A stretch of 64,000 nt of DNA from Catajapyx aquilonaris (Eukaryota), in contig KZ538079.1 of NCBI GenBank assembly GCA_000934665.2, forward strand, positions 1 to 64,000, written 5' to 3'. A program made the position numbers and the translations under genes. Positions 1 through 12,400 of this stretch are shown here, piece after piece. Below the pieces are notes generated by a model. That model was given only the letters and a program-made list of their open reading frames with translations, did no database searches and had not been told where the DNA came from. Every line of letters starts with the position of its first letter. Within the stretch, counting starts at the first letter, position 1.

Positions 1-96
1 CGAAGTGGGCAATTTTACACGTCGCTGCTACGTCATCGTTAAGCGCTTCTATTAATCGCCGTTATAAAACGACACTTGAACTTGGACCACCCTGTA
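1..96. mobile_element. Right end of a Tc1/mariner-type element
   Basis: ...GGACCACCCTG followed by TA; similar TA-CAGGGTG ends near 23489, 36147, 55225 and 56092. Confidence 0.4.
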
Positions 97-146
97 TAGA
101 GCGCAATACACCCGGATTTGTTTCACAGTTATATGCTCCTCGTTTT

Positions 147-165
147 AATAAATAAATAAATAAAA

Positions 166-198
<33 letters not shown>

Positions 199-209
199 AA
201 ATAAATAAA
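147..209. repeat. (AAAT)n microsatellite
   Basis: Direct reading. Confidence 0.95.
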
Positions 210-2072
210 CACATTTGCAGTTCCCAAACCGTGATTGAAAATATAGGATGGGCCTAAGCGCTATTGCCAAGAACTGGGATAACTGCTACTTTTCCCAGTC
301 GCTGTTACGCCAAGACGCTATATTTACGTGTTATTAATAAACTTGGGTGTCCTATACATCCCCTACTGTTTGTAGAGATTATTATTTTTGTAGTTTCCTT
401 TGCTAATTACAGCAGTGGCAATTTGTGACTCCTATTAATAAATAAAGCCTAGAGCAAATTTCACGTCTCGATAAGGAACATGCGGGACATTTCCTAATCA
501 TTTTCGGGGCCCGAAATGCCTCCTGCTCACGTACCCGCCAGCTTGATTAAGTAATCCCTCACTGCAGGTTCAAAATGTTTAATCAATCAAGGGGATTGAA
601 ATATCGTCTCCATCTTGAGTTCTCGATTAGCTATTTTTTTTAGCTCAGGGTTTTTGGGAATCCGGGCGGGGATTTGAATTGGATGACTGCAGACCAAGAT
701 TGGCAGATTCCGGAGAAAGAAAAAAAAGAAGAAATGTATGGATTTTTGGATCAGACAAAGAGCATTTAATTTGTACTAAGGGTAAGTGGCTTGAGAGAAA
801 AAAAAAACTACCACGATTTCTTCATCGCGAATTACATTGATCAGATTTCGTGGAAAAAAAGACCGATAGCATCAGAACTCTGGTCCTTTTCCTAAAAGCG
901 GGGAGTTGAGACCAGAATATTGACTTCGAAATCCAATTTTAGTACTGAATTGGACTCTTAATTGACATTCGTGATTCGATTCCCCCGCGTTCAAGTCCAG
1001 GATTGTCAGGTCACTTTTTTTCGCGACTTTTTTTTCGCGATGCTCTCGAACGACTTCCGTCGAATCGCAATTAGTCATCGACTTTATTTATGAGAGAGGC
1101 ATGCATGATTCCCACTTTATTATGCGCAAGGACGACCTTGAAGGGGGCTGAACAAAGTTGCCAAATTTTCTGCATAATATTGCAAATGTGCAGGTGAATG
1201 ACTTGGCGTGCATAATTGCTTTAATCATGCGATTAAGGAATTTTTTATTGGCTTCCATGCAACGAGATGAACAAGCCACACGTGTTGGGGTCATCAGATA
1301 ACCTTCGCCAATTTTTGCACTATTGTTTCAGATTTCACGGCAATGATGGGTCAATCTAACCTTGGATGCGATTCGTAACAGTTTTTTGCGTCATTTTCCA
1401 GGACGATTTTGATCGATTCTCACACATTAGCTGGACGCGTTGTAAATATTTTGTGCCAAGGTCTAATTAATTAAACCAAGTATGTAAGCATGAAGCGATT
1501 ACTTCCGTTTAATCATTTCACTATCGGCGAGATCACTAGTGGTTTAGATAGGCTTAACAAACGCCCTGTTATTAACTTATAAATATTTGATGCCGCTTAG
1601 GAAGTGTCCGCCCTGTCCTACTTACATTCAAAATAATCTGGGCGCATGGAAGAGTTTATTTAATTTTATTTATCCCCGGGGATATGACTCCATATGATAT
1701 ACCCAGGGCATAATAACCCCAAGGGGTCAACTGGGCGCGGCGTTGTGGCCCAAGCACGTTCTTACCGCCAGTCAGTCAGGAGGCAGTAAGCCAAGTGGCA
1801 GCACGTGGTTTTCTCAGACCACGCCAACAAGTGGTTGTGACTCTTGAGTATGGTACGACGGATCCGGAGGAAGCGATGTCCGGATGGTGACGTGAACGGA
1901 ATTATGAGTGACCCCGTAGTGTATGTGCGGAGTATACTCTTCCTGAGTGGAGATGGCGGAAGACAGCCTTTGCCTTGGGAACGTGGTCTTCAACCTCGAG
2001 TTGGGTACAGGTGGCCGCCATGGTATGAGGTGTGTGTGGCCTACTTATGAGACACAATGCGTGGTCATGAAT

Positions 2073-2408
2073 CAGGGGTGAGGTGATACATAATCCAGGG
2101 CTTCAAGTGGGCGAAAACGATCTATGGCCGAATAGTGTTTTCACAGGCTCACAGCAGTATTTTGACAAAAAAATGACCAAAATTTACGAATTTTTGTTGA
2201 ATTTTATCAGCCAAATTCATTATCCAAGATGGCTGCCATGCGCAGTGCGACACATTTTATAACTTGAAATAGCGGCCAATATTAGGCGGATGAGGCTGTG
2301 CTTTTGATAGAAGATAGAGAAGTATCTGACTCACACACACACACACATGACGGTATGAAAAAAATATCGGTGATTGTATCGTACACGTCATATGTATCAC
2401 ACTCTGTA
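2073..2408. mobile_element. Degenerate Tc1/mariner-type MITE
   Basis: CAGGGGTGAGGTGATACATA and TATGTATCACACTCTG-TA form imperfect inverted ends; internal CCAAGATGGCTGCC. Confidence 0.45.
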
Positions 2409-5400
2409 TACAATGAGTTCCGGAGTAGGAAACAAAAGGGGCAAGAGGACTAAAATCAGGTCGGTTGTCATTCGCTTCACGTCACGACTTTCACTGGGCT
2501 GACATAACCGAAGCTCGTAAAAACAGTTGCCTAATAAAGCGGTTTGTATTAGTTCCGGCTCGCGGAGTTCGGCACATGCGAGAGCGTGCTGAAACCATGT
2601 CGTTTCAGCTTGTTTGTAAATCGCGTTTTGTTCCTGGCTGGGTCAGGCTCGCAAGAACGTCCAAATGGGCTAATGTCACAGTCTGTCGAAATGTTGAGAT
2701 ATGAAACCAGTTGCATGAACCAGGATTTCCAATTTTATGAGGATTTATTGAAGTCTTCCCGGATTCATAGTACAGTGGCTGTCATTATTTAAAAGATGTG
2801 ACATTGTCATCAATCTTATAGGCTTAAGCGGCCCTTTGTCGAAGGACAACCGAGTTATGCGGACCATCCTTAATCTCTTGACACAATTGAATTGACGGAG
2901 ATACGCTAGGCTGATTTCCTGTGCAGGAGCGGAATTAAACCAGGAACTTGTTAGCTCCCATTTAAGACTTGGCATGCCCCTTGACCCTGTTCTCAGGAGA
3001 GAGAAAAAGAAGGAAGGTGTCCTCACCTTGAAGACGGCGACAGAACAACTGGCGTCGTGACAAAGTGCTGGTGATGGATCCCATTCCACTCACTTTGTAA
3101 GTGAGCTTGGCACTTGGGAGAGGCTCATTAGCTGATTGCTCTATTGTGAGGGATGGGACTGAAGGGTATGCCAAATATGGGCTATGTTATCTGTAGAAGA
3201 AAATGAAATTGTCGGCCAGATTTCCGCAATCACGTTTGCGGCCCTATGACTATGGTAATGAAGCGCTTCTTGACCTACGACCGGCCGTATCTGTCATCGA
3301 GCATGGCTGGGCCTCCACCGCCGCCATTAAACGCGATTGCGGCGGAAAAACCGCGTTGCCCCGCCATATTGGGCAGGCCTGCTGGAAAACGTGTTTTAGC
3401 GTTACGCTTTCATGAAGCACTTCCCAGCAGCGATGGGAACTGACAGGTTAAAGGAAGACGTGACCTGCATGTGTTTCTACTCATAGCCCACGATGGGGAT
3501 GATGCCACGATGTTGCAGGCTGTATATTTGCCACCATTTTCAGGGGTGATGATAAAAGGAAAGGGCGAGCCCATTCCACTAGTAATTTTTTGCAGATTGA
3601 AAAAAAACGCGATATATTAATTATGTACATAGATAGCGTGTGACAACAATGGATTTGCTCCTGAGGAGGTCCGTCTCCCCCACGAAGCATCCTCCTGACT
3701 TTCTAATTACGGGCACAAAAGGCGGTCGTGTGCACGCCATTACTTCTTAGTGCGCCAAAATAATTTTCCACGGTTCCTTTATTATCGTGACTGCACAATT
3801 AAGTTGCCTCCTCATTGGTCCCGCTGCGTGACTCCCCATCCTTCAACGTGGTGGTCACGAACCAAAAGTCTTGTGAATGAAAAGTCCTCGAAGGTCGACC
3901 ATATAGGACACGCGAAAACAAGAAACAATGTCGAGAGCTTTGCTTCTAAAGATAGTTTTGTACCACCCTCGATGTGCAACGCCGTGAAGTTGGAACAGAC
4001 ATTCCTTAATTCTAAAGTGTCACCCATGTCTCGTTGTCTTCTGTACTCGTTGCGTAATTGAAGAAGGCTGCTTAGTGAAGAGGATAACAAGCTTGGCTTG
4101 TAAAGAGCGAAAGGAATGAAGGGACGGAATTTGGCTCCGAAAATATGGCTGGATATTCTGGGTGACATTGGGACCAGATTAGACTCAAAGAATGAAGGTG
4201 GAGCTTGCATTTTTTTAAAACGAAAGACAAGCAAATATTTGCAAGTACTTCTAAGAAAATTGATTCAGGTAGTCCAATCCCGTACATTCGACGCCATTTT
4301 GGAGCTTGATGAGCACGTGCTCACCTCTGGGGGGAAACAACAGACAATTGCAGCGCATTGTCTCTGGTTTACAGCTTCCTTAACTGCCGCCATTTGCGGT
4401 TGCGACTGGATGCAATCGGCTGCGGCCACTCAATCCGTGGTTTATGTTACGACCGGGTGTGCAACAACTTAGGATAACATTTGGGTGGTCCACAAGAGTT
4501 TAAAGTAAGCAAACGGAGAGAGACAGAGACCCAGCAGGTGGAAAGCTCGACAAGAAGTTATTGTGTAGCTCTAGTTCTTCCTTTCTCCACGGGTAGTCTT
4601 GTTTGGCGTGGAAACCAAGAAAATAGAATTTCTTGGGCCAAGTCCAGACTAACACATTTTGTATTCACTTGCTTGAGCGGAAGGACTCATTTCAGTGAAG
4701 CGTTTCTTTTTGTTCCCCGGCCCAAGAGATGCGCCATTTTTCAACATAAATTGAAATCTTATGGCAGTTCCGGAGTCGGATTTTAATGCTGCTAAAGTGA
4801 AACCGGAGGAAGCTTTTCAAAAAATAATGGTAGCCAACTTTTTCAAGGAAATTGGACTCTAAGGAGACCATTCATCTGGGTCTAGAATGAGTCATGGATG
4901 TGACTTACTTGAATGGTTTTTAAGGCAGAACTACAGGTCAGAAGCACCCAACAATTGAACCTTATATTGACCCAGTTTTGTGTGGGGATCTATTTCGGAT
5001 CCTATGCGGCCGGGAAGCTAATTTTATGATGGAAGAAGTGAGAAGGTTCGTAATAAACAGGATGGCAGTGTTCCAACAGGCTTGGGAGGTTCATATGGAG
5101 ACAGCTGCCATCGTCTTTGTCCACACTTGCAAAACCCGCCGAATTGAATTAGGGAAAAAAAACCCGCTTGGCTCCAGAACAAGCGAATCGTTTTTGGCCA
5201 GCATAATGAGGCCACTTATGCTGCTTATCCAGCACAAGTGCGTTCCTTGTGCTCATCTTCAGTGAGGATATATTGCACAATCTTGGGCGCTAAAATACCT
5301 CACTTGAGGATGTCCACACTTGAGTTGATCGTTGGATGAAGGAGGTTGATTCAAGGAGGTTAATTCAAGAAGGACCTGCTGATTCAAGGAGTATCCTTAT

Positions 5401-6095
5401 TAGGTAGCAAAAATTTGCTGAACTTTCTGAAGGAATGTATCAAAAAAAATTGCTGCGTGTTGATACACACTAATTGCTAGAAGTTTGAAAAATTTTGCTG
5501 TGTTGCCAAAGTGCGACCTGGCCCATTTGGCTCTTGGGCAATGACTGATGAAATGTCGCATGGCGGTAAGCGACACATCCTGCAGAATATTTATTTCAAC
5601 ATGCAGGGGAGCTTCTTCGCGTCTGCAAGTCAACAGGATAAGGGCCACGGTGACGCACATTTTTCGAGTCAATGCTTGTTGGGTGGCGCACAAAAACTAT
5701 AAAAAAGCTATATTCAGCCCCCGAGCAATTATGGCTTGACTGGAAGGCACGTGACGATAAGAGGATTTTCACGCCACTGTTTGCACTACTTGTCAGAGAT
5801 ATGAGGGCCCCGATGCTTTCGCAAACCTCGGCTTGAACTGGTGCCATATGTTTTTGGTACCGATACAAATTGAGGTAGTAGTCCGCCCGGTACATGATGT
5901 TCCAGCTGATTTCCCCTAGTAAATTATGGAAAAGATCGTAGGTGTTATGCATCTTCTCATGCACCAAAATGTGGCAACATCGTACGATGGCGCATCCTCT
6001 CTCTGTGTACACTACTAGCTATGGTCGTTCGGGGGGTAGTGGTACTACATGCATATATAGCTGAGCTGACAAAATTTCGGGTTTAATTAAATTAA

Positions 6096-6300
6096 TACTA
6101 GGCGGTACAATCTGGGGAAGGGTCGAGGTGACGGGAGAGACGACACATGTTAACTCTCCGCCAGTCAGCTAGCTACTGAGTAGTTTCTCCGCCCATTGCG
6201 CATGCGTAGAAAGCGGGCCAATAGGAAGCGTCGGGGTATCAATATGGGGGCCGGGCCAATCAGACGGCTTGCACATACAACGTATGATTTTAATATTATA
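6096..6300 (-). repeat. Dispersed repeat with an inverted diverged copy at 54921-55030
   Basis: Shared collinear blocks CATACAACGwAkGATwTTAATATTA, GGAAGC.TCGG, CATTGCGCA.GCG and a terminal CTAG|T. Confidence 0.5.
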
Positions 6301-6337
6301 TATTTTATTATATTATATTTCGATATATTTTTTCCAG

Positions 6338-6473
6338 GCCGGTACCGAGGACTACGTGAAAGAGACAGTCCGAGAATCCCGAGAGCGACCTCGTGCAGGA
6401 GCCTCCAGGAGTCAGTACAGACCAGTCGAGCTCCATAATATCCCTCTGCCAACAACCGGAGGACACGTGACGG
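6338..6473 (+). CDS. cher: Filamin exon, hinge region ([14 protein letters not shown]...[11 protein letters not shown])
   Basis: tttccag acceptor, G|GTGAGT donor, phase 0/1; LPTTGGHVT joins AEVKMPSG in frame. Confidence 0.85.
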
Positions 6474-9400
6474 GTGAGTTCTCCACAACTGATGTGTGTA
6501 CAGGACACAACCAAAAAAAAACATCTTCCAATGTCACGAGGCCGGCTTCTGCACTAAATGGGCCTGAAAGGAAAATAAACAACGGGGACCATTGCGAGGT
6601 TTCCCGCCATAGGTTAGTTTTACAGCCTGATGCTCATTGGCTGAGCGGGCGTTCAAGTCGAATTATGGCGCCGGTTTTATGACGCCTTTGCGTAATTATG
6701 GCGCCGCGGATTTCCTGCTTATTAGACCTCTATTCAACAAGTTTTGTGTGGGAGAGGGGGGGGCACCCAATATATTTTTAATGGGCCAAAAATAATTTGG
6801 ATTTGGCTTGTAATTATGGCGGTTTACTTCTGGAGAAGTATGCAAGCACTTTTTTTTGTATGTAATTTGGCATGAAAATAGTCACGATTTGTAGGCTACA
6901 CTATGAGCGAGAAGAATGAGGGACAAGTTCAAATTGAAGGAAACCGGCGATGCGAATATTAAGCTGTGTTGGGCACATGTATATTGATGGAATTATCTAC
7001 AAAAAATCATCACGACTTTTCTGTATAAAAATAGTCGTAAGGCCAATGATAAATGTAAGCTTGAAAAATTCGGGTTAAATGAATTGAAAAATAGTTCCTT
7101 AAAAATTCAAATGAAAAATGTAACACGCTGACATTTCAATGAAGGAAATTTTGAAACACATGTACAATTTAACAAGCATAGATATTGAAAAAAATTAAAA
7201 ATCCCAATTGAAAAATTTCTTGCTATCCGAATTACATAATTATCTTACCATGTGAACTTATTTTCTACCTACAAAGTTCATTGTTACAGGCTTTTGTGGT
7301 ACATTTTCGGGACAAACAACAGTTCATTAGCACCACAAAAAAATTTTGTGGGTCGCTTCCGTCCAGGAGCGAATATTTTTAAGAATTGCTCCGAAAATAA
7401 TGCCACGTATTTTTGGTGGTTAAATCGGGTGTAACAACCCTGCAGCTTTTAAAAATACATGGTGGCACATACAACCATGCGCCGCATATAGAAGCACCTC
7501 GCTTATATATACGTGTGGTGTGACAAATCCCAGAAGCATCTTCCAAAAAAGCATGATTCATAAAGGTGAAGGAACACTATTAATTACGCGCAGTTGGAGG
7601 CACTCACTGCGAATCAAAATAATTAGAGGTCAAAAGTGCTGTCCCGTTTCTCTATCTTGGTGACGTCCAAAAAGATTCACTGGATTCTTGCCCCTTTTTT
7701 CGCAAGTTCATGGTCCTCTTGCTTTTGCCAGATGATTTCACTTTGATGGGACAAATTTCTGTATGGCGCCAGCTTGGGTTTTTTTAGAGTGTCTGGAACG
7801 GATATTCGGGGGTGCGAGAATGAAAAAAAATATATAGTCATAACAGTTTCGATCATTTTGGCAACCCGGGTTTATTTCGGAGTTCTGTATCGTGCCAAAG
7901 GTCATCAGAACTGCGCGAATCCTCAACTAATCCTGATTTTTCCGGATGAATTTTTGCCACTTTGAAATTCTAATAAAATGTCACATTGTGTTTAAAATTA
8001 TTTATAGTTGACCGCTTTATCACATGGCAGTTGCCAGGCTGTAACTAGGTTGCTAGAGGCGTTTGTATAGTCCCCGTAAATATATAGTCGACCATCAGTT
8101 AATTCCCTCACGTCAGCTCAGGTGCAATGTTGTCATTTGATCACTTGGCTGTCGTTAATTTCGCGGTTAAATAGCGGTGGTTAAGAGTAGGGGTATTATT
8201 CCTGGGCCGCATTTTTTGACCCAGCTTCAGTTACGACCAATTAAGTCTGTCAGCTCGGGGACATCCGTCAGTCGTCATTATGACAAACGACAGCTCCTGA
8301 TGTAATTGCAGCCCATGTTTTCACACCGACTAATTCACTCTGCAATGTTGGGCTTTGTGCAAAATTAACTGTCCTTGTGTTCCTTGTATTTTTCACTGTC
8401 CCTGTTTGATGAATGCGGTCAATGCGGTAACGGCAGGTGAAAGGTCAACCTGATCGCTACGGCCGTGTGACGTCAAAAAGCGAATGAGCTGCCACCCATG
8501 AAAATCGATACATCGATACATCATATTGGTAAATGATAAATTTATCGCTCCAGACACTGAGAGCGCGAATTCGCGTTGTCATGTGAATGACCCTTAATTC
8601 GATGCGACTTAACTGGCAAAGCATGTAGCATTCTACGTATCTGCGATATGTAGGTCGTCACCTGAAGCGACGTGTCGCAATTTCGCATCTGTCGCCAGTA
8701 AGTGCGAATAAAGCTGGGGGGTCCCCTCCCACCCCACGTGTTCTACATTTATCAACTTGGGTGTACTATACACGTAGAGTTAAGGAATACATGAGGCGTG
8801 TAGCTGACTCAACCAATGGTATCTTAGGAGCAAAAGCATTATAGCTTGACTTATGATAGCGTCTAAGTTTGGTTGTCAGAACCTGGCATCTGCATCCAGG
8901 GAATATTTTAGTCTCCCCTTCCAAGCTCTATGTGTTTATGTTCCCCTCCCTCGTTTTTTTTCGAAAAAAAGGGGGACGGAGCAGAGGGGGGGGGGGGGCN
9001 GGGGGGGGGGCGACATATATATAAGAATATGCACAGGCTCCTCCGCCAATCACAGGACCGGTGAAATCCGGTGGCTGCAGGGTTAATGGGTTCATAGCCT
9101 GCGACTATTGGAGCGGAAATCTAGGAAAGAGGAGGCTCATTCAGTCGTCGTGCGCGAAAGGGTTCGCATCATTATGCTTGCTAACGCGAACCACGACGTG
9201 AACCACGACGGGACTAACCACGACGTGAACCACGAGGACATTAGCCGGTACTTTTGCAATTTCTTGAAGAGGTTCACCGTTAGTGAGGTGGACAGAGAGG
9301 AAAAACCTATATGTCTGATCAGCACAAAGGACGACAGTTGTGTCTTTAAGAGCTGCTTCTTCTTTCGCACGCGGCAAGGTATTACCCAAGTGTACAGCGT

Positions 9401-12400
9401 CAACGGTGATCGTGTGTTGTGACAGGACGTAACACCTGGCAAATTTCTATTCCGCAGCTGAGGTCAAGATGCCGAGTGGGAAAGTGGACAAGCCGATCAT
9501 CGAGGACAACCGGGATGGTACCGTCAGCCTTCGGTACGAGCCCAGAGAGGAAGGTCTTCACGAGCTGCATGTCAAGTACAACGGAGAGCATGTGCAAGGT
9601 ACGGTACTCCACAATGCACAATTTTTTTAAAACAATTTCCTGAACTTTCCGGGCCCCCGATTGCCCACATAGTACCTTAATCAATTCATAGATGGCGCAA
9701 CCTCCCTCTCTGCACACTTTTGCCATTATCAGGTCGTGCGGAGAATAGTGGAACTATCAATTCGGACAAACAAATATATGCATGAATAGGATTTTCTACT
9801 AATTTAAGACGATGCAACAATGAGATCGGTCAGTGTGGGCTGGTCTTTACTACGCGACGAAGTAAGGGGAATCGGGGTAGAACTGCCCGCCACTTCGTCG
9901 CGTAGTAAAGATCTGACTTTAAATGTTGGTAAGAGAGTGAACCTCTTATATCCTGTACATACAGGCAACCAGTTTAGCTTGCATAATCAACAGGATGTAC
10001 TCCGCACACCCAACATAGATCTCTGCCTGGTGATTATGAGAAATGACTAATGCTGACAGAGATATTAATGCTTGTTGACTTGCCGGATGTTGTTAACGAG
10101 TCTGGTGCACTATCGGGATTGCGATCTGGCAAGGAAGAAATATGCAAAAAATATATAATAAGATCTGGGGGGTGTTTACATAGCTGCCTTTTCTAGGAAG
10201 TGGCGGAGGGTGTTGCGAAATTTTGACAAATGGTAGGGCTCAAGATGAATTATGCTGTATTGGACAAGAGGGTAAAAAACATTGGACCAGTTTAATCGCA
10301 GATTGGCCAAGATATGCGAGGGGCTAATTTTTTTTTTTTGTGGTGTGCAAGTCACGCCCTGATTAATTGCACTACTTGGCATATTAATAGTCTGGATTTC
10401 TGGCTGTCTTCCCTACACATGTGAGATGAGCGTTAATTAGTTCCTGCATAGCAATGTGTGGACCAGATTTTTGCTAGTTTTCTATTTTTGTTATCCAATT
10501 GGCAGGTTCTCCCTTCAAGTTCCACGTGGATTCCATCGCCAGCGGGTATGTGACTGCATATGGAAGGGGGTTGACCCATGGGGTCAGCGGAGAGCCATGC
10601 AACTTCATGATCTCCACCAAAGGAGCCGGAGCAGGTAAATATTACTAGTAATGTACATTACATTGAAACAAGCAATATCTAAACATTTGTTTATCCCAGG
10701 TGGATTGTCTCTGGCCGTGGAAGGTCCTAGCAAGGCAGAAATCAGCTGCCACGACAACAAGGATGGAACAGTGTCGGTATCCTATTTGCCAACTGCTCCC
10801 GGGGAGTACAAGATTGCTGTCAAGTTTGGTGAGAAGCACATCAAGGGTAGCCCCTACACAACCAAGATCACCGGAGAGGGCCGCAAGCGTAACCAGATCT
10901 CGGTGGGATCCTGCAGTGAGGTGTCGCTGCCTGGAAAGGTCACGGAGCAGGACATCAGGTCACTCAATGCGTCCATCCAGGCACCATCTGGTCTGGAGGA
11001 GCCATGCTTCTTGAAGAGGCTGCCCAATGGAAATATTGGTTAGTCTATATCTGATGACTGCAAGTCCTTAAAATTGTGAAACATCATAGCATTTTTTAAA
11101 AACCATTCCATTGGATAGGTATTTCTTTCACTCCTCGTGAGGTCGGAGAGCATGCTGTGTCTGTGAAGCGCATGGGGAAGCAGATCGCCAACTCACCCTT
11201 CAAGATCAGTGTCGGGGAGCGTGAAGTGGGTGATGCCAAGAAGGTGAATGTGTCTGGTAACGGACTCAAGGATGGCAAGACACACCTGGAAAACACATTT
11301 ACTGTGGACACACGCAATGCAGGTATGGAATTTGTGTAGATGATATCTCTAAAAGCACTTGAGGAATTCCACCAGAATTTGCTCAGCTGCTGATTTAGTT
11401 AGCAACATTTTTGAAGAACATAAAATTATATGATGTCATATGAAAATGTTACGAGTAAGAATTTGCCTTTAAGAGCCAACTGCACTTCTTCGTAGAGAGA
11501 AATTATCTACTCCTAGTATCATGCTTCCATCTCTAGTTTGTTACCTTTTATATGACCTGTTAGTAAATAGTAAGTAATGATGAAGTGTGCAGCAGCTAAT
11601 GGCTATGTAATATTACAGGATATGGCGGTCTGTCCCTCTCCATTGAGGGTCCAAGCAAGGCCGAGATCCAGTGCAAGGACAATGAGGATGGCACCTTGAA
11701 CATCTCTTACAAACCAACTGAGCCAGGGTATTACATTGTGAACCTCAAGTTTGCTGACCACCATGTGGAGGGATCGCCGTTCACCGTCAAAGTGGCAGGC
11801 GAGGGGTCAAACCGCCAGCGAGAAAGAATCCAGCGGCAAAGGGAGGCCGTGCCTCTCACGGAAGTCGGAAGCCAGTGCAGACTAACCTTCAAGATGCCAG
11901 GTGTGACCTCCTTTGACCTGAGCGCCACCGTGACCTCTCCCGGTGGTGTGACTGAAGATGCAGAGATTAACGAGCTTGAAGACACACTCTACGGAGTCAA
12001 CTTTGTTCCCAAGGAGCTTGGCGTCCACATTGTTTCAGTCAGGTGCAAGGATATTCACATCCCAGGCAAGTGTCGTTGAGGCGATATGTATAAATTCATT
12101 TCAAGTAATTTTGGAGAACTCTTATGTGCCTTTTCTAGGTTCACCATTCCAGTTCACTGTGGGTCCCCTCCGTGATGGTGGAGCACACAGAGTACATGCT
12201 GGTGGTCCTGGTCTGGAGCGAGGAGAGCAGGGTCAGCCCACAGAGTTCAATGTCTGGACACGTGAGGCTGGTCCTGGATCCCTGGCCATCTCCGTTGAGG
12301 GGCCAAGCAAGGCTGAGATTGACTTCAAGGACCGGAAGGACGGCTCCTGCTATGTCAGCTATGTTGTTGGAGAGCCTGGTGAGTGACCACTTACCAGCAG

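Noticed and set aside
2598..2648. Possible filamin alternative first exon MSFQLVCKSRFVPGW with a phase-0 donor
   Set aside because: Donor TGG|GTCAGG is weak and the peptide has no supporting feature
8500..8550. DRE/BEAF-like ATCGATA cluster
   Set aside because: Only two imperfect sites, ~600 bp from the candidate start; common in repeat remnants
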